Source of the DNA: an uncultured Desulfatitalea sp.
GTDB taxonomy: Bacteria > Desulfobacterota > Desulfobacteria > Desulfobacterales > Desulfosarcinaceae
Direction: 5' to 3'
Assembly (NCBI GenBank): GCA_963668675.2
Contig: CAXXMB010000002.1
Location: 3,104,001-3,168,000, forward strand
Length of the DNA: 64,000 bases
Part shown: positions 1 through 10,181 of the stretch, piece after piece
Layout of the letters: the number at the start of each line of letters is the position of its first letter
Position numbering within the stretch: position 1 is the first letter of the stretch
The notes under the pieces: generated by a model
Databases searched by the model: none
Seen by the model: only the letters and a program-made list of their open reading frames with translations
Told to the model about the DNA's origin: nothing
Position numbers and translations under genes: made by a program

Positions 1-1
1 C

Positions 2-670
2 GGTTCGATGGCCGGCGGTGTGAAGATCTGGCAGGCCTTTTTCCATCAGACCGGTGCCATTCAGGTCGATTCGCTGGAAGAGATGGCCGATGTGACCCTG
101 GCGTTGCACCACCTGCCCCCCTGCCGCGGGCGTGGATTGGCCATCCTGGGGAACGGAGGGGGAATCGGTGTTGCGGCTGCCGACAGCTGTGCTAAAGCGG
201 GGTTGGATATGCCGGTCCTTACGCCTGAGGTTATGTCCCAGCTGCGGGAGATCATCCCGCCGGCCGGCAACATGATCCGCAATCCCATCGATGCGATTCT
301 CATATTGGCCGATCTCGATCTGCTGGGGCGGACGCTCGAACTTCTCTCGGCCCAATCCTATATCGACATGTTCGCTATTTCACTGCACATGGATTGGCTT
401 TTCGGTATGGAGCAGGGGGGGCATATCATGCGCATCGGGCAATATATCGCCAATGAGGCGCGCAAGCATCTCAACGGCAAGCCGTTGGCCGTTGTGTGGC
501 GCCAGTATCAGCCTAATCCGGCGACCAAAAAGGTGCGAGTAAAGTTGGAGAAAACCCTGTTAGATGCCGGGGTGCCCGTTTTCCAGGGCCTGGACCGGGC
601 GGTTTCGGCCATGTCCAAGGCGGCGGGTTACCATCTCTTTCAAGCTGACGGCCGGAACACCACCGGTTAG
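2..670 (+). CDS. Acyl-CoA synthetase (NDP-forming)/CoA-binding protein, C-terminal part (5'-truncated by window edge)
   Basis: Frame is open from base 2 (GSMAG, end of the typical SHTGxxAG motif); 'GNGGGIGVAAAD' and 'NPID' match the succinyl-CoA-ligase-like domain of ACD/Pat-family proteins. Confidence 0.8.
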   Translation, partial: GSMAGGVKIWQAFFHQTGAIQVDSLEEMADVTLALHHLPPCRGRGLAILGNGGGIGVAAADSCAKAGLDMPVLTPEVMSQLREIIPPAGNMIRNPIDAILILADLDLLGRTLELLSAQSYIDMFAISLHMDWLFGMEQGGHIMRIGQYIANEARKHLNGKPLAVVWRQYQPNPATKKVRVKLEKTLLDAGVPVFQGLDRAVSAMSKAAGYHLFQADGRNTTG

Positions 671-999
671 AACCACCCGGCGCTCAGCACGGCCCGCCAA
701 CCCCAGAAGCAGGCCATGCCACCGACGATGGTCAGTAGCAGATGCCTGCTGAACCAGGCGATGGCGAACGTCAGACAGGCGCCGACGAGGTACGGATTGG
801 AGAGGGAGATCTGCAGATGCCCGCCATCAGGCATCAGTGCAAAGGGGGCGATGATTGCGGTCAAAACCGCCGCCGGCACATACCCCAATGCCCGTTGGGT
901 GCTGTCTGAAAACTGAAATCGCCCCGAAAGCGGCAGCAGCGTGTACCGGATGAGAAAGGTGACCAGGGCCATGCCGCCGACCAGGTAAACGGTTTTCAC
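667..999 (-). CDS. azlD: AzlD-family branched-chain amino acid export small subunit
   Basis: Hydrophobic ~110 aa with 'VTFLIRY' and 'ALGYVPAAVLTAII'; GTG start at 999 just after the azlC stop, with GAGGAG RBS. Confidence 0.85.
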   Translation of the reverse strand: MKTVYLVGGMALVTFLIRYTLLPLSGRFQFSDSTQRALGYVPAAVLTAIIAPFALMPDGGHLQISLSNPYLVGACLTFAIAWFSRHLLLTIVGGMACFWGWRAVLSAGWF

Positions 1000-1000
1000 A

Positions 1001-1768
1001 CTACTTCTCCTCTGTCTGGAGCTCAGCCGTTTTGCCGGAGAGCCGTTCGGCCAGGACACCGGCGCCCACCCCCACAAACGATGCGATGATCAATCCCAAG
1101 CGGTGCGGCAATCCATTCAAGGCGATGGCAGTGATGCCGGCGGCCAGCATGGCGCACTGGTTGGGACGCTCCTTGAAGTAAGGGATCAGCATGCCGATAA
1201 AGGCGGCCAGCATGGCGAAATCGAGTCCCCACCCGCCAATGTCCTGGAGCAGACGTCCCGCCATCAAACCGATGAAGGTGCACAAGTTCCAATTGGTGTA
1301 CATGAAGAGCATCGACCCCAACTGATACCAGTGGCGATTGGGAGGGGCATCGGCCTGCTGCCATCTTCCCACCGAAACGACGAAAGTTTCATCGGTCAAA
1401 CCGAAGGCCAGTACTGCCTGCCATCGTGCCGGCAGACGCCGGAGGTGGGGCAGCAGGGTGGCTGTATAGAGAAGGTGACGGAAGTTGACCACCAGAGTGG
1501 TCAGGACGATCATGGGCCAGGCGGCGCCGTTGGCCAGCATTCCCAGGGCGACGAACTGGGAGGAGCCGGCAAAGACAAACAGGGACATTCCCATGGCGCC
1601 GGCCGCCGGGAGCCCGACACCGCCTGCCAGGGTGCCGAAGATGATGCCAAACGGGATGGCGCCGATAATCAGCGGTGTCGTGTCGCGCATCCCCTCAAAA
1701 AAAGAGGTGCTCCGGCGATACTCTTTGGGTACCGGTTCGGCCTGCCGCTGCTGAATTTCCATCGTCAT
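1001..1768 (-). CDS. azlC: AzlC-family branched-chain amino acid export permease
   Basis: Motifs 'FAGSSQF', 'VNFRHLLY', 'LTDETF', 'GLDFA'; start uncertain (1768 or 1762). Confidence 0.9.
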   Translation of the reverse strand: MTMEIQQRQAEPVPKEYRRSTSFFEGMRDTTPLIIGAIPFGIIFGTLAGGVGLPAAGAMGMSLFVFAGSSQFVALGMLANGAAWPMIVLTTLVVNFRHLLYTATLLPHLRRLPARWQAVLAFGLTDETFVVSVGRWQQADAPPNRHWYQLGSMLFMYTNWNLCTFIGLMAGRLLQDIGGWGLDFAMLAAFIGMLIPYFKERPNQCAMLAAGITAIALNGLPHRLGLIIASFVGVGAGVLAERLSGKTAELQTEEK

Positions 1769-1860
1769 ACGGTTTTCAATGCAATAGGATGACAAGCCAT
1801 TCTGAAAACACGCTTTGTGGATTCAAAACGCTTTTCAAGATGGCTTGCCGTTCAGTCGTT

Positions 1861-2790
1861 CTACTTTGTCGCTTTCCGGCGCGGATTGTTGTCCCACACC
1901 TTGTACGGTCCGCAGTGCAGTACATACATGAATTCGACCGAATAGAGCAAGGCAATTGAGGAGTAGAAAATCCAGAGCAGAATGATGCACACCGAACTAA
2001 GCGAGCCGAACAGGACATTGAGGCGGGTGACATGCTGGATGTAGTATCCGAAGATCATGCGCGCCAGAGTCCACAGCATTGCAAAGATCATGGCGGCAGT
2101 GACCAGATGACGGCGTTTGATCGGGATGGTGAGGAAGAGCCGTGCAGTGGAGAGAAAGAAGAGGATCAGGATTAACGCCGAAACGATGTTGTTCTGATTG
2201 AAAGTGACGTAGTCGATGGCGATGGCGTAGAAGTCGTGCACATAGGGGTTTTGCTCCAGATAGCCCTGGAGGGGCTGGACGGTATCCGCGGCCAGGGTCC
2301 AGATCAGGTTGGCCATGAAGAAGAGCAGTATCGCAAAAATGCTCATGGAGGCATAGGCGATATGCCCCTTGAGAAGATGACGGCGCTCCAGGTGAAAGAT
2401 GCGCCGAAAGGACTCTTCCAGCGATTTAAACAGAAGGCCGCTGACAATGGGCAGCATCAGCAGATTGATCGTCGTGAACGAACCCAGGCCGACCGAATCG
2501 ATCAGATGGGTCTGGATCCATTGCGGCGAGACGAAGGGGATCACCTGCGTGATATCCTCAACGAGAATGGAGACCATGTCATCCGGCAAAAGACCGGGCA
2601 GGAAAAGGTCCTTGAAAAAGTTCAACAGCAGCAGGAACAGTGCCGAAAAGGGAATGATCGAGAGCAGAAAGACGAATGAGATCGAAGAGGAAACAGTCAA
2701 GCAGTCATCCCAGACAAAATTTCGTCCCGAAATGCCGAAGGCTTGAACGTAGAATTTCAACTTGTTTTTCATCAAATACATCGTTCTCAC
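1861..2790 (-). CDS. YihY/virulence factor BrkB family membrane protein
   Basis: 'SFVFLLSIIPF' N-terminal motif and 'FGSLSSVCIILLWIFYSSIALLYSVEF' C-terminal motif; multiple TM segments; exact start uncertain. Confidence 0.8.
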   Translation of the reverse strand: MRTMYLMKNKLKFYVQAFGISGRNFVWDDCLTVSSSISFVFLLSIIPFSALFLLLLNFFKDLFLPGLLPDDMVSILVEDITQVIPFVSPQWIQTHLIDSVGLGSFTTINLLMLPIVSGLLFKSLEESFRRIFHLERRHLLKGHIAYASMSIFAILLFFMANLIWTLAADTVQPLQGYLEQNPYVHDFYAIAIDYVTFNQNNIVSALILILFFLSTARLFLTIPIKRRHLVTAAMIFAMLWTLARMIFGYYIQHVTRLNVLFGSLSSVCIILLWIFYSSIALLYSVEFMYVLHCGPYKVWDNNPRRKATK

Positions 2791-2839
2791 CGATTATGCT
2801 GAAATATTGATAAGGGTGCCATAGGCATCGGTTATATTA

Positions 2840-2855
2840 AGCAAAAAGTATACCG
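2840..2855 (-). promoter_or_regulatory. Candidate sigma54 (-24/-12) promoter of the YihY-family gene
   Basis: Minus strand CGGTATACTTTTTGCT has GG-N10-GC spacing about 50 bp upstream of the ORF, next to an AT-rich tract. Confidence 0.4.
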
Positions 2856-3027
2856 TTTGCTGTGTTTTTGCCTTTTGATTTTTATATTGGATACAGTGAG
2901 TTATAAATTGGCGAGCGGTGCTTGAACCAGAAGGGGTAGCCTTTTGTGTCACTGTTTGCTATCCGGCATGACAAATAGCGGCAGGCACGGCTCAAGTGGT
3001 CGGTACAGGTATGGAGTGGGGCGCCCC

Positions 3028-3223
3028 GGTGAAACGGCCAGTGGGCAGGCCTGCCCCCCAAGCGACGCTGAACAATCTAACTGCTGTTAAGATGCGCTCC
3101 GGACGGTCCGCAAACTCGCTGCGCTCAGACAGTGCGGACCGTTTTTTCCTCCGCTGCATCTAAACAGCAGTAAGATTGTTCGCTAAATACGTGGGGGCAG
3201 GCCTGCCCACTGGCCGTTTCACC
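3028..3223. repeat. 196-bp nested palindromic element (REP/MITE-like long hairpin)
   Basis: 31-bp perfect terminal inverted repeat GGTGAAACGGCCAGTGGGCAGGCCTGCCCCC; inner 26-bp IR (GAACAATCTAACTGCTGTTAAGATGC, 2 mismatches); inner 10-bp IR ACGGTCCGCA around the loop AACTCGCTGCGCTCAGACAG. Confidence 0.85.
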
Positions 3224-3264
3224 TCCATTGTGGGCTATTTGATGGTGTTCATGATCGACAGGGC

Positions 3265-4071
3265 TCATTTGCCCGGCGGCAGATAAGTCGTATCGATCAG
3301 GCCGGCTGCGCTTCGATCGACCCAGCCGGTTTTGCCGGTCGAATAGCGGATCTGATAGTGCTCTTTCGAATCTCTGACCACCTGCACCTTTGCACCGGCA
3401 TGCAGTACAAACAACTCCGTATCGGTCTTTTGCAAACCCGACCGGACCGAAACTTTGACGGGCAGGATGATTGCCTGTTTGAGGTGGGCCGCTTCATAGA
3501 AATTGAAGGCGGCGGTCAGGACCAAGATCAAAACCGGCACGGATGTCACAACCGCTGCGCGCCACAGTCCCCGTCGCCTGGTCAGTCGCCAGCCGGCCAA
3601 TAGAACCCAGAAGATGATGTTGCCTGTAATGGCTGCAATCGTGACGGTGCGGCGGCTGAGTTGATACTTCCAGAAGAAGAGGATGCGCATGATGGGTGTC
3701 GCGCCCTCTTCCGGGGTATCTTTGGTCAGTGAGCGGGCGTAGTTCAGGTTGAAACGCAGGTCAGGGTCGTTGGGCAACAGTCGAAGTGCGCGTTCATACC
3801 AGAGGATGGCCGGTCCCAGGTGGTCGGCCTTCAGATGGGCGTTGCCCAGATTGTAGAAGAGTTCTCCATTGGTGACGCCGTCGTCGGCGATGGCTCGCCA
3901 CTTTTTGATGGCCTCGGTGTAGCGGCCAGCCTGGTACGCTTCTATCCCGGAGATGAACTCCCGGGCAAATGGGGAGGCGTCAGATGGCGTGTAGAGGAGC
4001 AGGAGCGCAGCCGCCATCCCCAGCAGGGTCTGGGTGAATAAGGAGATGTGGCGAATCGTATGGCGACTCAT
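3265..4071 (-). CDS. batE: BatE-like TPR + SH3 protein
   Basis: Signal peptide, TPR 'LFYNLGNAHLK...AILWYERALRLLPND', two TMs, C-terminal SH3b-like 'VRSG...LHAG...GWV'; last gene of the Bat operon. Confidence 0.8.
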   Translation of the reverse strand: MSRHTIRHISLFTQTLLGMAAALLLLYTPSDASPFAREFISGIEAYQAGRYTEAIKKWRAIADDGVTNGELFYNLGNAHLKADHLGPAILWYERALRLLPNDPDLRFNLNYARSLTKDTPEEGATPIMRILFFWKYQLSRRTVTIAAITGNIIFWVLLAGWRLTRRRGLWRAAVVTSVPVLILVLTAAFNFYEAAHLKQAIILPVKVSVRSGLQKTDTELFVLHAGAKVQVVRDSKEHYQIRYSTGKTGWVDRSAAGLIDTTYLPPGK

Positions 4072-5813
4072 GGGGCAAGCTTCCTTATCATTCGGCGTGT
4101 TTTATCGAGCAACTCTCGGCGTTCAGTATCGGCCAGATGCGCCCCACTGTAACGGCTCGATTCGATGGCGGTCAGCAACTCTGCCGCCTGCCGGGCTGTT
4201 TCGGGCTCGACGCCGTTATCTTGCAGGAGTGTTTCGGTCTCTTTCCAGGCCAGGGCTTCACCGCTGCGTCCGACCCGGGCATAGACGGCCGATGTGAGGG
4301 CTCGATAGAGTTCAGCCAGATAGCCAGATGGGTCCGCCGTGCGATCCGCCTGCGCGGATTTGAATGCCTGCCTGGCTCTGCGACGCATCGTGGCGGACGG
4401 CCTCGTGTCCGTCTGTTTCAGTCGCTGAAAAAGGGTCAACAGCCCGAACGCCGCCGCCGGCAAGACCAGCCAGAGGAGAAACATGGGCCATGTCATCGGG
4501 TGTCTGGCCACCAAGGCATCGAGGCCCTCTTTGGGGGGCAGGATGTCCCGTCCGGTAAAGGCGACCCTCTCCTTTTGGGTGCCCGGAATTTGAGGGGTGG
4601 CCACGATGGGCACGCTCTGGTCGGCCCCGGGCTGGACGGAGAGGGCGGGCATCGAGGCGGTTAGGGTGCGATAGCGCTCCTCTTCAACATCGAAATAGGT
4701 CATTTGGACCGGCGGCAGTTGTATTTTACCGGCCCGAATCGGCACCAGTGCTGTCCGGAACACCTTCTTCCCCTGATATCCTTCAACATCGAGTTGGATC
4801 TTCTCCTCTGGCGCGTCTGCGTAAGTTTTGATCCCCTCCGGAAGCGTCAGTTGCGGTGGCTGGGCATCCATGATGTTGCCCCGCCCCTGGATGGTTACGG
4901 TCATGGTGGTGCTTCCGCCCACCTTCAGTTGGGTGGTTTCGATCTCCGATGCCATCTCGAACCGACCGACCAGACCAGAGAAAGGCTCTGGTCCCTGCCA
5001 GGCGGGCAGGGGGCGCACCTGCACCTCCAGGGGTGAGCTTTGGAGCACCTTGGTCTCTACGCGGCCGCGGTTAAAAAAGGGGTCGTCAAAAAAGTCATCG
5101 AACCTTGATCGGCGCCGTTGGCGGTCCGCCCGGACAATGCCCAACTGGAGGGTGGCCGGTTCGACAGTTAGCGCGCCGGGTTTCAACGGTACCAGGACGT
5201 AGTTGATTTCGGTAACGACCACCTCCCGACCGTCTATGATTTCGCGCCGGGAGTCACGCTCTTTCACCTCGCTGGTTGAAAAACCATCGAAATCGGGTGG
5301 TTCGAGGGTGCCGTTCGTTACCCGCACGGCCTGGAAGAGGGAGAATCGGTAGGTCGTCTGCTGTCCCACATAGGGCTGGGGTTCGGAGATCGAGACGTCC
5401 ACCCACACATCCGGCGCGTCGTCCCTCTCCGTTGCAGCCCGGGCCGACACATTCACCACGATTGGTTCGGTGTGGTGGCGCTGGCCGTCGATGGTGACGG
5501 CAAGGGGGGGGATGGTCAGTTTGCCTTGGTGTTTGGGGATCAGCAGAAAGGTGTGGGTCGCTTCCCGGGAGGTCTGGTTGTTGATGATGCGCATGCTTGT
5601 GCTGGTTCCTTTGGAGAACACCTTGAAATCGGAGAGGCCGGAGATGTCCACCTCGCCGTCGCCCCCCTGCACCGTCACGCGCAGCTCCAGAGACTCACCG
5701 GGTGTCAGTGCCCTGCGATCCACATAAGCCCGAACGCTCACCTCGGAGGCCCAAGCGGGGAGGACCGACACGAGCAGGCAGCAAAGGCCGATGATCCAGA
5801 TCCCCTTTCTCAT
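4068..5813 (-). CDS. batD: BatD family protein
   Basis: Signal peptide, repeated beta-rich BatD domains ('GKLTIPP', 'PYVGQ', 'FSGLVGRF', 'GRGNI'), C-terminal TM; TAATG overlap with upstream gene. Confidence 0.88.
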   Translation of the reverse strand: MRKGIWIIGLCCLLVSVLPAWASEVSVRAYVDRRALTPGESLELRVTVQGGDGEVDISGLSDFKVFSKGTSTSMRIINNQTSREATHTFLLIPKHQGKLTIPPLAVTIDGQRHHTEPIVVNVSARAATERDDAPDVWVDVSISEPQPYVGQQTTYRFSLFQAVRVTNGTLEPPDFDGFSTSEVKERDSRREIIDGREVVVTEINYVLVPLKPGALTVEPATLQLGIVRADRQRRRSRFDDFFDDPFFNRGRVETKVLQSSPLEVQVRPLPAWQGPEPFSGLVGRFEMASEIETTQLKVGGSTTMTVTIQGRGNIMDAQPPQLTLPEGIKTYADAPEEKIQLDVEGYQGKKVFRTALVPIRAGKIQLPPVQMTYFDVEEERYRTLTASMPALSVQPGADQSVPIVATPQIPGTQKERVAFTGRDILPPKEGLDALVARHPMTWPMFLLWLVLPAAAFGLLTLFQRLKQTDTRPSATMRRRARQAFKSAQADRTADPSGYLAELYRALTSAVYARVGRSGEALAWKETETLLQDNGVEPETARQAAELLTAIESSRYSGAHLADTERRELLDKTRRMIRKLAP

Positions 5814-7597
5814 TACCAATCCTTATCCACCGTCTGTTTTCGATAGTTCGGCATCATGGCGCGTCCGGGTTCGTCTTTCAAGCGGTTGAGCATCTGTTCG
5901 GCTGCTTGGGAGGAGGGCTGCTGGCCCTTCTTCGATGCTTCAGATGGCGCTTTACCGGCTTGGCGATCCTGCTGCTGATCCGATGCAGTGGTATCCCTCT
6001 CTTTTTCAGAACCGGTTTGGGGCTTCTGTTGCTGTTGGTTTTTTTCCGGAGGTTGCTGGCTATTTTGAGCCTGAGGCTCACTCTGACCGGGTTTGTTTTC
6101 AGGCGGCTGTTGGCCTGATTGGCTCTCCTGATCAGGTGGCTTCTTCTGTTGATCCTGGTTGTTGTCGCCATTGGGTTGAGATTGCTGCTGTTGCTTCAGT
6201 TGTTCGCGCACAAATGCCAGGTTGGCCTGGGCCTGTTCATCCTTGGGATTGATGGCCAGGGCGGCCTCGTAGTCCTTGACGGCCTCCTCCAACGCCTGGC
6301 GGCGATAGGCCGCATTGCCTAAATTGTAGAGCAGCTTCGCCTTTAGTGCTGGTGGTGCCTGGGAGAGGGCCCGGCTGTAATAGCCGTAGGCATCGTCATA
6401 TTTGCCGGTTTTGTAGTAGGTATTGCCGATATTGTAGAGTACTTCTGGGTCGTCTGGTTTCGCCACCTGACCGTCGAGGAAGTGCTTGAGGGCTGCTTCG
6501 TACGCTCCCTGTTGGTAGGCCTCATATCCCTCCTGCAACGGCCCGGCCGCCACCGGCCGGGGGGCCAGCGCGAGTAGGACCGAACAGATGAAGACCGCAG
6601 CCGCGCCCTTTTGGATACCGGGTATGGCCAGTGCCGCCAGCAGCAGGGCCAGCGCCAGGGAGAGGGGCCATTGGTAGCGATCGGCCCAGACTTGCTTGCG
6701 GCCACTCTCTATGTTGGCATCGGCCATTGCAACGCGGATCTGATCCTGGTAGATGCGGTCCAAATCCATATCGCCGGCAACCGAGCGTACATAGGTGCCG
6801 CCGGTGGTCACCGCCATGCGGGTCAACAGCGGTTCGTCGAGCCGGGTAAGGACGATCTGGTCGTCGTCTCCTTTTTGAAATCCGCCTTTTCCGGATGGTA
6901 CGGGGACCCCTTCGGTCGATCCCACTCCGATACAGAAGAGTTTGACACCGGCTTTTTTAGCCTCCCGGGCCGCCTTTTCAGGATCGTCACGGCCGGTGTT
7001 TTCGCCGTCGGTGATCAGGATGATGGCTTTTTCGGCCGGGCTTTGCGTTTCGAAAGCGCCGAGGGCCGTCTGCACGGCGGCGCTCATATCGGTGCCGCCC
7101 AACGGAAGGTAGTCGGGGGTGAGCACATTGAGGAACAGGTCGAACGCGCTGTAGTCGACGGTCAAGGGGCACTGCAGGAAAGCGGTGCCGCTGAAGGCCA
7201 CCAACCCCACACGGTCACCCCGCAGCATGCCGAGCAGGTCGATGATCTCCCGTTTGGCACGATCCAGGCGCGTGGGCTGGATGTCTTGGGCCAGCATGCT
7301 GCGCGAGCAGTCCAGGGCGACGATCAGGTCGACGCCGCGCCGTTCGACCGTTTGCCATTGAAATCCATACTGGGGGCCGGCCATGGCCACAACCAGGAGC
7401 AGGGCACTCGTGAGGATCAAGCCGGCTAGCAGGCGTCTCCGGGCCTGAATGCCTGTTGGCACCAATAGCTTCAGAGCGCGTCCGTCGGCAAATCCCTTAA
7501 GGATCGTTGCGCGCCGACGCCAGCCATAGAGATAGGCCAACAGCATCAATGGGATGAGCCAGAAAAGAAACAGCAATTCGACACGAGCAAACTTCAT
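5813..7597 (-). CDS. BatB/BatC-like fusion: VWA domain + TPRs + Gln-rich tail
   Basis: MIDAS 'DCSRS', 'RPQ/GPQYG', 'ITDGE'; TPRs 'YNIGNTYYK' and 'YNLGNAAYR'; Q-rich linker; ends 'KDW'. Confidence 0.88.
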   Translation of the reverse strand: MKFARVELLFLFWLIPLMLLAYLYGWRRRATILKGFADGRALKLLVPTGIQARRRLLAGLILTSALLLVVAMAGPQYGFQWQTVERRGVDLIVALDCSRSMLAQDIQPTRLDRAKREIIDLLGMLRGDRVGLVAFSGTAFLQCPLTVDYSAFDLFLNVLTPDYLPLGGTDMSAAVQTALGAFETQSPAEKAIILITDGENTGRDDPEKAAREAKKAGVKLFCIGVGSTEGVPVPSGKGGFQKGDDDQIVLTRLDEPLLTRMAVTTGGTYVRSVAGDMDLDRIYQDQIRVAMADANIESGRKQVWADRYQWPLSLALALLLAALAIPGIQKGAAAVFICSVLLALAPRPVAAGPLQEGYEAYQQGAYEAALKHFLDGQVAKPDDPEVLYNIGNTYYKTGKYDDAYGYYSRALSQAPPALKAKLLYNLGNAAYRRQALEEAVKDYEAALAINPKDEQAQANLAFVREQLKQQQQSQPNGDNNQDQQKKPPDQESQSGQQPPENKPGQSEPQAQNSQQPPEKNQQQQKPQTGSEKERDTTASDQQQDRQAGKAPSEASKKGQQPSSQAAEQMLNRLKDEPGRAMMPNYRKQTVDKDW

Positions 7598-7688
7598 GAT
7601 TTCACTCTTTTAACCATGGCTTTGACCGGTTGGATAACTTTCCACTCTCATACTTCTAACTCATCCGCAAAGTGTTAGCACCTGTGGA

Positions 7689-8684
7689 CTAAGGTATTTC
7701 CAGAAATCTGGTGTTCTTTAGCACAACCCATATCCCTAGCAAAGCGAATGCCGGGATGAGCAGATAGAGGTACAGCTCATCGTACTCGGCAAAGCTGAGT
7801 GCCTCCATCTCTGTCTTTTCCAATGTATCGATGGTGGCATAGATCTTTTGCAATCCTTCAAGGTCCTCTGCATGGAAGTACGATCCGTCGGTGGCCTGGG
7901 CGATGCTCTTGAGCGTATCCTCATCCAGGTCGACATTCTGGTAGACATATCGTTGGCCGAAAACCGGGTCGTTGACCAGGAAGGGGGCCCGTCCCCTGCC
8001 GCCAACGCCAATGGTATAGATTTTGATGTTTTGCTGTTTGGCGATCTCAGCTGCGGCCTGGGGTGCCAGTTCACCGCTGTTGCTGCGACCGTCGGTGAGC
8101 AGGATGATGATTCGGGTATGGCCCTCGATGTCGGCCAGCCGTTTGATCGCGATGCCGATGGCGTCGCCCACGGCTGTGGCGCGTCCGGCTGCGCCAATCT
8201 TCAGGCGATTGAGGATGGCGCTAATGGTTTCATAGTCGCGGGTCAGTGGCAGTTGGGTGTAGGCGTGGCTGCCGAACACCACCAGGCCGATGCGGTCGCC
8301 GTCGCGCCGTGTGATGAAATCGCGGACGACCGATTTAACGGCTTCCAGTCGGTTGACGATGTCGCCTTCCAGTTTGAAGTCCAGGGCGTTCATGCTCTCG
8401 GAGAGGTCCACCGCCAGGACGATGTTGATCCCCGTGGTTTTTTGCGGCGTGCGTTCGCTGCCCCACTGGGGCCGCGCCAGGGCTGCAATCATCAGCAGCA
8501 GTATGAGATAGAAGAGCAAGGGCAGAAGGCGATGGACGGCCAACCCCAATGACGGCGCCGGATCGCCCAGCGGCTGCACCCCCGAGTGGGCCATGGCAGG
8601 GGCAGCGTGACGGCGGCGATACCATACGATCGGCGGTATCAGCGCTATCAGTAGGAAGGCATATGGGGTGGCGAAACGGAGCAT
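7689..8684 (-). CDS. batA: BatA VWA-domain protein
   Basis: 'ALARPQ', MIDAS 'DLSES', 'LLTDG', 'IYTIGVG'; N- and C-terminal TMs. Confidence 0.9.
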   Translation of the reverse strand: MLRFATPYAFLLIALIPPIVWYRRRHAAPAMAHSGVQPLGDPAPSLGLAVHRLLPLLFYLILLLMIAALARPQWGSERTPQKTTGINIVLAVDLSESMNALDFKLEGDIVNRLEAVKSVVRDFITRRDGDRIGLVVFGSHAYTQLPLTRDYETISAILNRLKIGAAGRATAVGDAIGIAIKRLADIEGHTRIIILLTDGRSNSGELAPQAAAEIAKQQNIKIYTIGVGGRGRAPFLVNDPVFGQRYVYQNVDLDEDTLKSIAQATDGSYFHAEDLEGLQKIYATIDTLEKTEMEALSFAEYDELYLYLLIPAFALLGIWVVLKNTRFLEIP

Positions 8685-8733
8685 GGTGTCGCAAAAGCGT
8701 CCTCAATATTGGGTTGATCCAGACGGCAGTGTG

Positions 8734-9261
8734 TCACTCTTTCGGTGTCACCTGATTCACTTCGGGCGCCGTCACGGTGGTGCGCTGCACGAACTCCCGG
8801 CTGAAAGCGAGGTCGGCCGGCATTTGATCCCGTTCGGCCGGTGCGTCGGCAAACTTGATTGGTTCGGCCTGCAGGCACAATCGCTTGAACCGGTCGTACA
8901 GATCGGGCTCCAGCTGCAGATGACCCACTTGGGGCAGCAACTCTTCAAGGGTCATCTCTGCGGCCGGTATGGCATATCGCCGTTCGATATAGCGACGCAA
9001 AATGGCCGAGAGGGTAAAATAGAACTGTTTCCCATCCCCTTCGGCATCGGCGCCCAAGACCTCCAGCGCCGAGAGCGCTTCGGCTTCCGGACTGATCGGT
9101 GGCGCTGCGGGCGGGTTCGAGGCCTGTCTACGGCGACGGCGCCACAGCCACCATGCCAGCAGAGCAGCTGCCACAAGGCCCAGAACGGTCAATGCCCATA
9201 CTGTCCATCCCCAATCCACTCCCATCTCCAAGGCAGGTTTGATGTCGTGAATATCGTTCAT
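8734..9261 (-). CDS. Bat-operon single-TM protein (DUF4381-like)
   Basis: Starts 'MNDIHDIKP', TM followed by RRRRR, 'LSAILRRYIERRY...MT..E', 'KFA'; ATGA overlap with the DUF58 stop. Confidence 0.75.
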   Translation of the reverse strand: MNDIHDIKPALEMGVDWGWTVWALTVLGLVAAALLAWWLWRRRRRQASNPPAAPPISPEAEALSALEVLGADAEGDGKQFYFTLSAILRRYIERRYAIPAAEMTLEELLPQVGHLQLEPDLYDRFKRLCLQAEPIKFADAPAERDQMPADLAFSREFVQRTTVTAPEVNQVTPKE

Positions 9262-10148
9262 CGCCTGCGCATCTCCCGAATACGAAAGTAGCGGGCTAGG
9301 GCATCGGCGGTCGCATCGGTGGTGCTGATGTCGATGCAATCCATGTTGGCGGCTTTGAACTGCTCCTTGATGGCCTGATGGGCATCGGCGCGTCGCAGTT
9401 CGATCTGCCGGCGGGTGGGGCCGTGGGATGCGTCCAGCTGCATGACGCGATCGGTCTCCAGATCGCGGAACGTTACGATACCGGCCCTGGGCAGCTTGAA
9501 TTCACCAGGGTCGCTGATCAGCACCTGGATCAGCTCGTGCCTTCGGTTGACCGAGCGCATTTGGCGATCGACCACCGTGCCGCCCTGGGGGAGCAGAAAA
9601 TCGGAGATCACGAACGTCACCGAGCGCTTGCGGCACACGCGGCCCAGAAAACTGACGGCACCCGAAATATCGGTGCCGGTGCGCTGGGGCTGGTGGGTGA
9701 AGATCTCCTTGATCACACGCCAGACATGGCCGCTGCCTTTCTGGGGCGGAATATAGCGTTCGATTTGATCGGTGAACAGAATCGCACCCACCTTGTCGTT
9801 GTTGCGGATGGCGTTGAACGCCAGAATGGCCGCCGTTTCGGCTGCGATCTCCTGCTTGCTGCTCGTCTGCGTGCCGAAGCGGTTCGAGGCGCTCAGATCC
9901 ACCAGCAACATGACGATCATCTCGCGCTCTTCACGGTAGCGTTTGACGAAAGGACGGCCCAAACGGGCCGACACTTTCCAGTCGATGCTTTTGACATCAT
10001 CGCCGGGGGCGTATTCGCGCACCTCTTCGAACTCGATCCCCGCACCGCGAAAGGCCGACTTGTACTGCCCGGCCATGAGGGTGTTCACCGTGCGGCCGGT
10101 GCGGATATGGACCTTTTTAATTTTTTTGATGATATCGGCCGGAACCAT
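9258..10148 (-). CDS. DUF58 (VWA-like) protein
   Basis: 'GIEFEEVREYAPGDDVKSIDWKVSAR', 'DLSAS', 'ISDF'. Confidence 0.92.
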   Translation of the reverse strand: MVPADIIKKIKKVHIRTGRTVNTLMAGQYKSAFRGAGIEFEEVREYAPGDDVKSIDWKVSARLGRPFVKRYREEREMIVMLLVDLSASNRFGTQTSSKQEIAAETAAILAFNAIRNNDKVGAILFTDQIERYIPPQKGSGHVWRVIKEIFTHQPQRTGTDISGAVSFLGRVCRKRSVTFVISDFLLPQGGTVVDRQMRSVNRRHELIQVLISDPGEFKLPRAGIVTFRDLETDRVMQLDASHGPTRRQIELRRADAHQAIKEQFKAANMDCIDISTTDATADALARYFRIREMRRR

Positions 10149-10181
10149 GACGCGGAGCTGCCTCCATTTTCAATAAAGGGT

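Noticed and set aside
3028..3223. CRISPR array or tRNA interpretation of the palindromic elements
   Set aside because: No direct repeat-spacer periodicity, no cloverleaf, and no cas genes in the window
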